The notes beneath the pieces were generated by a model, which was not told the DNA's origin, did not search any database, and worked only from the letters and a program-made list of their open reading frames with translations. A DNA stretch of 64,000 nucleotides from contig NC_134029.1 of NCBI RefSeq assembly GCF_964204645.1, forward strand, positions 10,380,850 through 10,444,849, read 5' to 3'. The stretch is from Tubulanus polymorphus. Lineage: Eukaryota; Animalia; Nemertea. A program made the position numbers and the translations under genes. Below, in pieces: positions 1 through 12,688 of this stretch; the stretch's first letter is position 1; each line of letters begins with the position of its first letter.

Positions 1-936
1 AAATAATCATTTTTCATTCACCTACTATATGAGTGCGTGTGGGTGCGCTGTGCGTGCGCATGCGCGTGTGCGTGTGTGTTGAGCAGTACATATAACAAAA
101 CGCAAAAAGACAAAATTGCTTTGTCAAAGGGAAATAAATCATTTTGTAGATATAAAATTTGTTTTAAGCAAACAAACTGTCGACTATGAGAGATATTCTT
201 CTTACCCACGAGACATTTAAAACCTGATAACACTCGTCGGCGCACGTGTGTGCATCGAAAGGTTTTCCTTTCGTGAACGCGACTCAGATGATAATAATCA
301 ACTTCAAATATTTCTACATCGTGTACCTGCTTATGTAGAACGTCACATAAACAACCAAGATTGGTCATTAAGCAGGGTATCTAATCTAAAAATTGGTAGA
401 AATGCTATGGGAACATGGATCGTTTTTTAGAAAATGCTATTTCGCATATTTATTGCCACCTAACTTTCCCGGAAATTCTGAATGAAATATTCACGAGTTC
501 GTTTAGAACAAAAGACATAATATATAAAAATTCGGAACCCTCAATGATCGCTTTTTGTCTGATTCGTGACAGCGCTCGGAATATAGCATTTTTGCCGAGG
601 TTACAATATTCTAGTTTTACTTACAATGTCTTCCAGTCACGATAAATCAGATAAATGTAAATACATGTACTTCGTTGTCGTTAATACTCAAACAACAGAT
701 TTATGAACATTCTCGTGAATAGAAATGAGTCGATAAGGCCATTGCAATTTGCAAGACGACAAAAATTTCTCAGTGACATTTTTATCTACAGGCATTTTTA
801 TATTCTAAAATATGTCTAATGTCCTGAAAGATTTTGAGTGCGCTTTAACGGCCGTGGTTCAAAAATCGAATACAACCATAGTGAATCGGTCGAACACATA
901 ATAGAATGAATGTTTTCATAGTTATCCAAATAGCAC

Positions 937-1611
937 TTGATATATTTAATTATCACGGCGTTTTTGCTAAGTGGCTTTGCAGTTGTCTTCAACATTTCAC
1001 TAGACCCATACCTGGTTCAACGTAGCTCCAGAACTGGCGTAAATCGAAACTACCACTGTTACAATCATGTTAATGGCAATAATAGTAAATGGATATCATG
1101 CGTAAAATCAACGTTAGAAAATTGTGGCCTAGGTTACATTTGGTACGAGCAGTCCTTCCCAAACATTCGATATCTAACGGAGTTAGTCAAACAACGACTA
1201 CAGGATGGTTTTAAACAAAATTGGCATCAATCTCTCGAATATTATTTAAAACTAGACACTTATCGTAGCATTAAATTAGAATGGGGAACAGAGCAATTTT
1301 TACTTAACCTACCAATGGATTTACGTTCGGCTCTTATCCGATTTAGATGCTCTAATCACCCGCTACCTATTGAAACTGGTAGATACCAAAACATACCAAG
1401 GGGCGATCGCTTATGTACCAAATGTAACCTAAACAAAATTGGTGACGAATTCCATTATGTTTTGGAATGTAATTATTTTTTGAACTTGCGAAATGCGTAT
1501 ATACCCAAATTTTTCACAGTAAACCCAACTACCTACAAATTTAGGAAATTATTCAATACAAATGATAGAAATGTGATAAGAAAACTTGCAGTTTATGTTA
1601 AAATATTATGA
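937..1611 (+). pseudogene. 3' end of non-LTR retrotransposon ORF2 (RTE-X-like), C-terminal Zn-binding region, 5'-truncated
   Basis: RFRCSNHPLPIETGRY...RLCTKC...GDEFHYVLEC motif typical of LINE ORF2 C-termini; homology appears to start near 1060; clade from recall. Confidence 0.8.
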
Positions 1612-2732
1612 AGAAGTATGTAAACTTTTATTTCTACGTATATAAATGCTGTTTTTGTGCTCGAAAAATTATGTACAATTTGGAGCAATAAAGAATAAAT
1701 GTAAATGTACAAAATCAACGAACTTTGGAACCGGGCCCACGGAGTTTAGGCCAACGCTGTAGTGAAACTTAAGTAACACACTTTTTTCCGTTGGAATCAC
1801 CCGGCTACCATGTCCATCACTCAAACATATCCAAACAAAGTGCCGTCCAGCAAGGGTCAATACATATGGTCAAACTTATTCTAAGAATGATCTAAATGTT
1901 GTTTAAGATTGCTGAATGAGTTTTAGACAGGAACACACATGTTGTAGTCATTCAATTATAAACTACCCTACATTAATTCAGTGATATAACGGCAATCATA
2001 CATACATCAACATTTTTATGGAGCAATAACTTTAGAATGAACACGGGTAAAATTCCTGGCAAATTGGAGCTAGTTTTTTCTCTAAACAGAACCGACGAGC
2101 CATTGGTTATAATAACTATACAATATGTACCTAGATTTCACAGCACAGAGACAATATATTCTTTAAAAAAAATCAAAACAGAAAATGGGTGTACGTTCAT
2201 GCAAATGAAAAGTGTTTAAGGACGGAAAAAATTCTTATCGTCTATACTACCCGAATCCGTTTTTTCTCTGAATTGTAAATGAAAAGACGTACGTTTTTCC
2301 GACATCCGAACAAGCGCACTACCATGTTTTATTTCATGTAACAAGGAAATGACTAAGCGTGTTAACAATTTTCTAAAACCTCAGTTTGAATCATTTATAT
2401 CCCCGATGTCTGTTAAAAATAGTGCGTATTCTGCGAATGATCGTGATATGTTTTTAAACGGTGAAGGTTTATGTTTTCATTCTGAATTTACTGATTTAAC
2501 CTCCTTTTTTAAAAGTAAGAGGTCTGCCCCTTCATTGTAAAAAAGTTACCCATCCGAATACAAATACATATCAAGGTGTCGGTTCATCTCATGTCAACTT
2601 AAACTTAATAAGCTCGTACCTCTTTACCATCAACTAAGTTTTCCAAATATTTATATTTTATCAGCCGACTGAAATTCTTCGGCTGTTTGCTGGAACAAAC
2701 CATAGAAAACATACCCAGCAATGCGTATGTAA

Positions 2733-2737
2733 ATATA

Positions 2738-2807
<70 letters not shown>
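2733..2807. repeat. (TA)n microsatellite
   Basis: Direct inspection. Confidence 0.98.
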
Positions 2808-2811
<4 letters not shown>

Positions 2812-4014
2812 TTTTAATTAAATGTACTTTCTAATGGATTTGGCTTACCTCAAACAAAAGGAAACACCGAAAAATTCGAGACATCTTCATACTTAAACTA
2901 AACAATCGTTAGGACGACATTGAAGGATCACAGTTGAAATTCCTGGCGCTCACCAAATATTCTGGTTTGAATATGTTTTAACTCGTAGCAAAATACTTCC
3001 CGCTCGTTTCACAAGTATTTAGGCATTTGTCCAGTATGTCCTATCCATCAATTTGTAGTGTGTGAGAATACAGCCGAACTAGTTATTTTTCGATTTGCTT
3101 TTACAATCACAAGTGAGCCAGGCGGCTGAGTCGAGAAGATTCTTTTTTCCTATCATCATATGCCCATCACGCAATTTCGAGATCTACGTAAATAACGATC
3201 AAATTAGCCACATCGACGATCACGCTCAGACTGGTATATCCATAGTTATTGTGTTACAGCTATGAAATATTTAACACTTCGATGTAAGTGAATATACACA
3301 CACACAGCTCGATGTGACGTAACCGCCGCTGGTCGTTCATCGAGGGTGAATAAAACGAAAACTATACTAATGACGTACGCGTGTGCTGCGGCATTTTATC
3401 CAACGCACAATTACTGACTGAAACAAACTCTCACTGACGCGGCAGCATGAACCGACACATCGGTCACACACGCTAAGATTGGACTGGTAACTCCAATCCA
3501 GACACTGACGGAAATGAGAAGATGAATTTCAGCCGGAAAAATGTTCAATAGTCGCAATGCAAACGGAAACTATTTAGAAGGTCTAATAATTTAGGCGACT
3601 GAGTTGCTCACCGCACATTCTCATCACGTCCTACGCATCCGATGACCCGACCACAAGTACAATACCAAGTTGAATCTATTTCAGTTACGTCTTTGTGTTG
3701 AATGATACAAAACTACATGAATCAGTTCCAATTAATAGAGAAAGTGCATATTACGTAATGTTACGAGCTAAGGTCACTGTGATTGCCACTCCATATTCAA
3801 TGCCCGTCTATGCGAGTATAACGTTGACCTTTCTTAAGTCCCAGGAAGCCAAATCAAATCAAAACAAATCGAATCTCTATCTAAAAAACAAATAGGGACA
3901 AACCCTAATCTACCAACAAAGAGGAACTAATTTGTTATTTGTATTTCCATACCGCGTGCTATCTGGTAGATTTCACCCATTCTTGGAGGACACAAAGCCC
4001 AGGCAATATATAAT

Positions 4015-4072
4015 GGAAAAGTTCAGCACGCGGGACTAGCAAGTCATACGGTCCCGCGTGCTGAACTTCTCC
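4015..4072. repeat. 58-bp hairpin / minimal MITE (22-bp arms, 21/22 match)
   Basis: GGAAAAGTTCAGCACGCGGGAC (4015-4036) vs GTCCCGCGTGCTGAACTTCTCC (4051-4072). Confidence 0.8.
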
Positions 4073-4929
4073 AAATAGTTATGGTTAATTTACCGACGAG
4101 AATCCTTAAACTAGTTTAAACAGGTGTAGAAGAGTACTTAAGTTCATGGACAATGTGTTCATGGACATTGTTGCTAAATTTAGATACAGTGAATATCTAT
4201 AGGAATTGATATTTACAATAATTACAATAATAGTGATATATTTTTTTCAAGAGCATACGTTCTCCTGCAATGGTGCGCTGCAGATATTTGTGATTGACTT
4301 GACATTGTAAAATTGAAAGCCGTATTGAAGTTAAGTTAACCACCGTCCTGAGGTCACAATGACGATTCATAATGTGACTTTTAAGTAATATATATTTGAT
4401 ATTTACGGTGGGTTGCATGTTTAAGATACGTTTGTTCTACAACTTGTCATAATTGACCCTTTAGTGCAGAACATGGCACTGTATACGTAGACGAATAAAT
4501 ACATTAAAAGCTCCATGTTAAACTATCATTATGTTTGACTGACATTATAAAGAGTATAGCACCGTATTAAACATTCAAATGGTATAAAGTTTTGCACCTA
4601 CGTATATTGACGCCTCACCGGTGAACTTAAACGCAATCACAAAAAAGAGTGTCACGCGGACAATTTCCAACCAGACGTTTAATTTCTAATCAATTTCCAA
4701 CCGCCTATTCTTCACATTTCAACCAACAATAACTGTAAGTTGAAAAAAATCATTCTGAATAAGTGTGTGTGTGTGTGTGTGATTCTGTGTGATTCGATGT
4801 GCAATACGTTATTACCATTGGCGTTTCAAAATGACTTATACAACATGAATTTTGGCCTTCATTATTTAATTGAATATATTCAGTCGATATAATTCGAATT
4901 CAAAATAGCTTTATTGGTCCTTAATGTTA

Positions 4930-5639
4930 GGCGCTTTTATTAATTGCATGGATTTCGGATCCGCTGCCCGGTTTTCTTGAATGATCTTGAATAAGAAAAG
5001 TTTTTTTTATGTCCGCTACCCGTCCTAACGAAAAGCGAATATACGATAAAAAGACCAAGATTTCTTACCGTGCGAACTGTTTGTAAATTATGTATCAGTA
5101 TTAAAGGACTTGTAACGCGGGGGAAGTGAAACTAAAATACATGTGCAGCTAGAAATCTCATCAGTGTGTCAATTTTATTCTATTCTTTGTGGATTTATGA
5201 ACTGTCTAGTGAAAGTTCCAGTCCGAAATAGTCCGACACAGAGCAGTTGCGATACATCTCCGTTCAATTTAAGGGTTTTACTTGACTCTGTAGATTAAAA
5301 GAGAGCTGTTATGTAGCCAATATACTTGAGATGAAACTGGAATTCTTAAATGACTGGATTCTCGACGATCAATCTGAAATCCAAGCGATTCATAAATCAA
5401 CTCAATTACTTTGACATCTTAGATTCTTAACTGAAAAATGTCCTATTTTGTGGATTCCTTTGAATTCTGCCTTCAGAAAAAAGGTAAAAAAAGAAGTTTT
5501 TTAAAATTTTTTTTCCCGTACACCCTGTAAAAGTGTACACCACCTCTGAATAAAGAACAAGTTCTTTTTATTTATTTTCCCTTTACCCGACCAAAGATTT
5601 CCTCCCAAAATCCCGAAATCCAAGTAATTAAAAAGCGCC
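4930..5639. mobile_element. MITE, PIF/Harbinger-like
   Basis: ~30-bp TIRs GGCGCTTTTATTAATTGCATGGATTTCGG / CCGAAATCCAAGTAATTAAAAAGCGCC; TTA on both sides (4927-4929, 5640-5642). Confidence 0.8.
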
Positions 5640-5904
5640 TTATCTTATATTATTCATGTTCGATAATATCAGGAAATATTTGTACTACGTTTCTTCAAGG
5701 CGTCAACAAACTTTCAAGTTTTCGTGGCATAATACTAGGAATAAGGTCGAGTAATGGGTTGTGAAAAACTTAACGAATACTGTCTGACAAGCGTTTCCAC
5801 CATGCGAGTTTCGTTGCTAATTAGTTTATACCTAATTATTACACGTTAGATTCTTGGTTGATACTTTTCTTTCAGTATACAACTCTTAACCTTATAGGTA
5901 ACGT

Positions 5905-6335
5905 TTGATTTATCTAAGCTTTCTATTTTGCTATATGTAGACGATACGCGGGTTATTTTAGCCAAATCCCCAGAAAATCTTCAACATGCACTCAATGTTC
6001 TTCAAGAATACTGTACTAGGATGCGTTTACATGAAAATAGAGATTTAAAAAAAACAATGAGAGTGAAGTATCCTTTTGAACGCACACAACCTTTAGAATT
6101 TGAATATTATGGTCTCCCTTTCAGACTGTTTTTATTATATCTAGGTTTGATCATTCAGAGCAATGGAGGCTTCAAACGCACGGTTAAAAATCTAGCAGAT
6201 AAGGGTAGGCGAGCTATATTGGCAATGAAAAAATAAATGTATAATGCAAGTCTTTTAACACCTAGCGTAAAAATTGATGTATCCGATTGATTGGTTAAAT
6301 CCGTCGTATTATATAACTCGAAAATATCAATACAA
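5905..6335 (+). pseudogene. Degenerate RTE-X-like LINE reverse transcriptase fragment (left part)
   Basis: LLYVDD..ILAKSPENLQHALNVLQEYC, YLGLIIQSNG, LVKSVVLYNS; in-frame stops. Confidence 0.75.
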
Positions 6336-6354
6336 TTGAAATACCGGGTGTGCA

Positions 6355-7555
6355 GTGATAATGATAATTATAGCAATAGCGATAACGATTACGATCACGA
6401 TTTCGGCAATGGCAATGGCAATGGCAATGGCAATGACAATGACAATGACAATGATAATGATAATGATAAGCTTTCTTATTGAGGGCCCCTTTCCATGGTG
6501 ATTCCATACTCAAAGCGCGGTCTATTGATAGTGCTTTTTAAACAAAATGTTTTAGGTCCAGTTCAGAAAGAACTTTCTGGTTTCGACTTGAATTTTTGGG
6601 GAAGACTGTTCTACAGTCGTGGTCCAGCCGAAAAGAAGGCACGATCGCCATATTTTGTACGGGGTGCAGTAAATTTGAAGAACACGATCTGGTACGTCCT
6701 TCAGTGACATGCAGTAAGTTCGCAGTGACATGCAGTAAGTTTAAAGGACCCGATCCATTGATGCTCCGTATACATTACACGGGATCTTGAAATCAATCCT
6801 GGCTTTGATAGGGTAGCCGGTGAAGCTGCTTGAGAATTGGAGTAATCCTGTCATATTTACGGTGTCTACAAATTAAACGAGCAGCCACGTTTTGGACACG
6901 CGGAAGTGGCGCTAGAGATTAAGCTGGTAGTCCGTAAAGAATACGGTTGCTTAAGTCAAGACGAGACATGACCAACGCGTGAACTAATCTGTACCGGTCT
7001 TATCCAAGTATTTCCTAAAACGTCCAATTTTGTAAAGACCAGGTTAAGCGGATTTACACATTTCCTTACATGAGTATCCATTAACATTGTATCTAGCCAA
7101 ACGCAATAAACAAGGTGATCAGTTATCTTAAGAAGCAGTCTTCAGCGAAATCCGTACTGACTTGGGTCATACAGATCATTTTGAATCGAGCAACGATCCG
7201 CTCTACTAACTTTGACAGAAAGCATAAGTTTGAAACGGGTCTATAGTTGCTAAACATTTCCTTCTCCAAAGACGATTTTTTTTAAGAAGTGGTTTAACGA
7301 CTGCGTGTTTGAACAGTGCGGGAAATTGTTCACTTTGAATAGAACATATTGATAATCGTAACCAAGAAAGGAACTAGCACATCAAAACAGCTTTTTAGAA
7401 GCGATGTTGGTATTGGATCAAGAGAGCATCCCTTGGGTGGCAGAGCTGAAAAAAGTTCTTTTACTTTGTCCTCGCACGTTGCAACGAATCGGTCGAGCTT
7501 AGGAATGTCACCAGAACATGGTTGAATAATGGAACACAAGTCGTGGAGCTTAGAC
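6355..7555 (-). mobile_element. L2-clade LINE, 3' portion (RT relic, 3' UTR, hexamer microsatellite tail)
   Basis: Minus strand: CSLDPIPTSLLKSCFDVLVPFLVTIIN, YRPVSNLCFLSK, GDRAFFSAGPRL*NSLP; ends GCGCTTTGAGTATGG... then a (CATTAT)-type tail at 6355-6467. Confidence 0.85.
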
Positions 7556-7924
7556 GTCCTACAGGGATTCCCTGCGGGATGTCTTATGACTAACCACAAA
7601 ATAAAAAGTAAAACCTAACTTGAGATGTCTCAGCAGTGAAAAATGGCTCAAAATTATGGTATAAATTATAATTAGAATTTTAGAAAGATTCCCATGAAAT
7701 AACTCAAAAGACTTAACTCGAAAATTAAATTAAATGATTAAATAATTCCAATTCACTGCTGATCACTCAAGTTTACCCCCATACAGCCAACGTAAAGTTT
7801 TGAATTTTTCTAGGAATGTGTCAAATGAAAATGATGGATCACTGAGTCCTGCAAGTATTTCCTTTTCGGTGAAAGGATAGTTCACCGGAACTTCAGTGCA
7901 AACTGCGGTTGCAGACCAGCTCTA

Positions 7925-8255
7925 AAGCCTAGCCTACATCGACACTGCGATTGGAGACAACTAGTTGCCGGGCAGTCTTCGGCGCATGAGAGCAACTGGC
8001 TGGATAAAATCAGTTGCTCGAATTTGTCGATGTGAGCGAGCTTACGACTGGTTAGCGTCCATCTCCAGTTCTACCCAGTTTCTCATGTTCTACTTTTGAG
8101 CAACTAGTTGTACTCAGTTGCTCTCATATCCGTCGATGTGAGCGCTCCATAATCAACAACACAATGTTGTAACTGACTAAAACAAAGCTATTTGTCACGT
8201 GACTTGTCATGCCCTCAAGAATATTTGCTAAAACACATCTCAGTTGCTGTCGATG
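7925..8255. mobile_element. MITE left arm (target of the BEL/Pao insertion)
   Basis: AAGCCTAGCCTACATCGACACTGCGATTGGAGACAACTAGTTGC is an imperfect inverted repeat of 20767-20810; TAA-like flanks suggest Harbinger type. Confidence 0.75.
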
Positions 8256-8771
8256 TGTTAGAAATTAGCTTTAATTTATAATTAGATTAGTAAATGGTTT
8301 TGTCGTATAAGAAATTATTCATTAGAGCTATGGTTTTTGTATTTGTTATGATTTGTAATTTCATACTTTCTTTGTGTTTTTTACACTCTGCAAGTTTTGA
8401 TATGGATTATAGATTTATGAGTTGTGCATTTCTGTGTAGGCGAATGCCTTATATCATGCCTTAACGGCTCAGTAACTTTTGGCTTATATAATGTTTGATC
8501 AGAAATCTGTGTATTCAGTGTCAGCTCTACATGTCGCACAGTGAACATGAAATTGAGTAGCACGTCTTTAAATATGATTATACATGTATCAATTATTTCA
8601 AATGCTATAATTTGTGGTACATGATGTAAAATGAGCATAATTATTGTTGCTGTAATGTTTGTTTGTTTATTCTTTGTAGCAAACCATGAATACATAATAA
8701 ATAATGTGTTTGAAACGTTCGCTGTAGTTAGTCTAGATCGTTGCCAGTCGCCTGTCAGCTAAGGCACGACA
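8256..8771 (+). repeat. BEL element 1 5' LTR
   Basis: TGTTAGAAAT...GCACGACA, near-identical to 20164-20673. Confidence 0.97.
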
Positions 8772-8814
8772 TAGTTTGAATGTCTACAAATCTGCTGTGT
8801 TGCTATCGCTAGCT

Positions 8815-10535
8815 ATGACGGCAATGGATCCGAAGTCGAGTTCGCTCAAGAAAACATCCTCCAGTCTTGCGGGTTGGTTGTCTCGAGCACTGAATCAGGC
8901 GGATTCCTTAACAGCACAGTCTTCGCAGATTCAGCCGTTGAAGGAACGAATAACAGGCTGTATGAATTCTTTACAGTCGGCACATAATCGTCACGTTTCG
9001 TCACTCGCAGAAGAATCTGACATCATAAAGGCGGAGGAATGGCTTGATACCTACTTTCAGAAAGCCACTCAATGTCTCCTTAGATTAGACGAATTAACTA
9101 AGAGTCCGTCATCATCGAGCATTTTAAGTCCTGAAGCAACGCCATTTGAGCCGCACACCGAGAACGACGATATTTCTCCAGATCAAATGTTTGAATCCGT
9201 GGATGCTTGGATCGACGCTCTTGTCGAGGGTGTAGAAACATCAAGTCAACTATCATCAACTGAGTCACCACCATTAGAGGAAGTCTTTGCGAGACTCGAA
9301 ACCGATCGTGATCTGCCAAAAATCGTACTTCCGGTCTTCGATGGAGCTTCGTTGAATTGGCCAAGATTTATCGAGCAGTTTTTCGTACAAGTCCACTCTA
9401 AATCAACACTGAGAGACATTCGTCGAATGGACTTGCTTCAATCCCATGTGTCAGGTGAGGCTAGAAAACTCATTCAGGGTCTCGGGTTTAGTGCTACAAA
9501 TTATGTTTTGGCTTTAAAAGAGCTTAAGTTTGCATTTGGCAATCGGGTTCATGTGGCACGTGCCTACATTGACTCTATTGCTAAAGGACCTTCTGTTAGT
9601 GAATATGATTCTGTTGGTTTACTTAACTTTTACATCTCCGTTAGAGATTGTGTTATGACTCTTAAGCAAATGAACTATGTATATGAGTTAGGTAGTAGCG
9701 ACTTGTTATTTAAAGCATCACGTCGCATCCCTCAAGAAAAAAGATCAAAGTGGAACGACTATGTCCGTAGAATATCTCGAGTTAGAGAACCAACGTTAAT
9801 CGACTTGCAGCATTGGCTCAAAGACTGCATTGATGCGGACTTTGGTCCATATTCCGTTCCTAGCAAGTACAAACGTAGTGATAGTCAGATAAGTAATTCT
9901 GGAACTTTAGTTCCTCGTGTAAGGCATACAACTCTTAGTACGTCTCAATGTAATAACGGTAACGATAAACAATGCGTTATTTGTTCAGAAAACCATCATC
10001 TATCTAGGTGTAAATATTATATCGATAAATCAATTAATGATAGATATCAGTTGATTAGAAACAATCGTTTATGTCTTAATTGCTTATATCCTGGTCATTT
10101 CCTTAATTCATGTCCATCCAGTGGCGTCTGTAAGGAATTGGGATGCGGAAAGAAACTTCTATTCATCGGCCACGTAATGATAAAAGTACTGTTAATAATG
10201 TTTAAACATCTAGTAACTGTACGGTTGTTAATTCAAGTTGTAATACTCTGCAAGTTTATTTTCAGATAGTGCCGATTACAGTGCTGGGAAGCAACGGTCG
10301 CCGCGTGTCCACATATGCTCTGCTGGATTCTGCCAGTGATGTCACCTTAATTAACAATGAACTAGCGAATGATCTTGGTTTGCATGGTAAGAGACGCTTG
10401 CTAACGGTTAACACCCTCCATACTAGTACTTCGCATCATTCTCAGTGCGTTTCGTTTTCAATGCGTTCTCAGTCGGACCTCTATAGTGATGTTATTACTG
10501 TCAAAAATGCATGGACAAATTACGGCAACTTCAAT
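8815..10535 (+). pseudogene. BEL element 1 gag (DUF1759-like, Cys/His knuckles) and aspartic protease
   Basis: LPKIVLPVFDGASLNWPRF; CVICSENHHLSRC, CLNCLYPGHFLNSC, CKELGC; ALLDSASD protease motif; frameshift near 10155. Confidence 0.9.
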
Positions 10536-12686
10536 AAGCCTTTTTACAGTTTCCAGGCGCCATTTTTTGGGTACCCGCCGGGTCCGCATTGTTGAATTTT
10601 TTGTCCCTATTTTTCTCCGGTTTAATTTTTTTATTTCGTTCATATCTCTGGATTTGATTAAGATAGAAACAAAGTAGAAATATCGATGAACTCGGCTGAT
10701 AATAAACTTTTTTATGATATCACTCATTTATAAAGTTAATGCAACAATGTGCGCTGGTGAAGTTATAAACATTGATATCGTCTTCCCGATAATTCAACTT
10801 GAATTATTGCTCATCTCATTCAAAAGTTCGTAATTCTTACAAATATTAATCTACATTTTTGAAATTTTCAGGATCAATAGCCATCTATATGTGGTCTTAT
10901 ATACCTTTTACCGTTTTCAATTATCTATATTAGTTTTTAAGTAATTGCGAGTCAAACTTCCAAAACACGTTTTCTAGAGTACCATGTGTGCATATTTATA
11001 TCAAGAAATTTGCCAATTTAACCGGTCCTACATTGTTAAAATCAAAATTTTCAGTAACTATGGAAACAAGGGCACCTAGTTATTTGAAAAAAATGGTAAA
11101 TAGAGATATATTTCTAGTAACACATCACAGGGACAGACTACGGGTTTGGAGGGTCGGTAGTCCGGACCCCTGCTCCTTCCCATTAAGATTACCATCTTTG
11201 TCAAGACAGTGATCGCATAAAACTTACAAATCTAACATTCATCCTCTTGCAAATTAAATTGTTTTGGATGTATTTGTTTCAACCCCGAGGGACACCCTAC
11301 TCACAGCCTTAATCTACGGAAAATGTCCTTATTTTTGGACCTTTCTCCCAATCTTCTAAGATAGTCAAAAAAGTCGAAATAAGTCTTAGTGTCAGGCATT
11401 TAAGTTTCATTGATCTCCCGTCTATATTATATCGTTTCACAGTATATTGCATCAATGAAATATGGCCGTTGGCAGGTGATTCTGGAGCCAGTTGCTCAAA
11501 AGTTAACCATCAGAAATACCATGGTGTAATGGCGAGCGCTCGGTCTTCAGTTAAATACCGGTACCCGATTTACATTTTTGAATTTTCAGCAGCAGCTCCA
11601 CGCAAATGGAGGCAGCCACGGCTGTGTCAAACTTGACGCTTGCAAACCGTTGGATCGGGTTTGCTTTTTTGAGAACGTTCGATGTTCGATTTTTATTACT
11701 GATCGTGACACGAGCTGGAAGGTGTTTCAAATTGAATTTGAATATATTAGGCTTAGTCGATTGTGTTGGAAAGATTGGAACTTTGGAATATATTAGTATA
11801 TATTGAGGAACATAACATTCGTTTACTTTCTGTCAAAATTGATCTCGTGTGTTTGATAGTTGTTTTGAGATTTGGCACGAATTCTAAGTCAGTTTTGATC
11901 ATACAAGGTCTGTATTAGCCCACTTCACGTAAGTAGCCATGCAAATTTGCGACGGCAATTATGCAACGCAGCATTGAGACTGTGGTCCTCATACATGTGC
12001 CACATAATGTCTGACTTTCACATTTGCAATCGTATACCCGAACGTGCAGTTTTGGAATCGAATGAAACACGTTGGACAAAATGATCTGTTGTGAACCTAG
12101 AGAATATATATCTTTAATAACCATTTTTCAAAAACCTAGGTGCCCTTATTTCCATGGTTACTTAATCAATTGATTTTCAACAAAGTAGGAACCGGTGAAA
12201 TTGTGAAATTTCCTGATATAAAGATGCACCCAGGGGACCCGGGAGAACGTGTTTTGGAAGTTTGACTCGCAATTACTTAAAAACAAATAAAGATAATTGA
12301 AAACGGTAAAAAGTATGTAATACCACATATAGATGGCTATTGATCCTGAAAATTTCAAAAATGTAGATTAAAATTTGTAAGAATTACGAACTTTTGAATG
12401 CGATGAGCAATAATTCAAGTTGAATTATCGGGAAAACGATATCAATGCTTATAACCTCACCAGCGCGCATTGTTGCATTAACTTTATGATTGAGTAATAT
12501 AGTAAAAAAACTAATTAGTTATCAGCTGAGTCAATCAATATTTTCACTTTGTTTCTATCTTTATCCAATCCAGAGATATGAACGAAATAAAAATATTAAA
12601 CGGGGAAAAAATAGGGACAAAAAATTCTACAATGCGGACCCGGCGGGTACCCAAAAAAATGGCGCCTGGAAACTGTAAAAAGGCTT
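10536..12686. mobile_element. Non-autonomous foldback-like DNA transposon with ~580-bp imperfect TIRs and AT TSD (ISL2EU/PHIS-like)
   Basis: Termini AAGCCTTTTTACAG...CTGTAAAAAGGCTT; inverted similarity 10536-~11117 vs ~12097-12686; removal plus one AT restores BEL frame NFN-CSSQILE; superfamily is inference. Confidence 0.85.
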
Positions 12687-12688
12687 AT

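Noticed and set aside
2620-3200. Possible minus-strand exons (GTAAGC and GTACGA donors)
   Set aside because: Stops in all frames of the largest candidate and no recognisable protein
6291-6513. GN/DN-rich and HC-rich ORFs
   Set aside because: Translation of the L2 microsatellite tail
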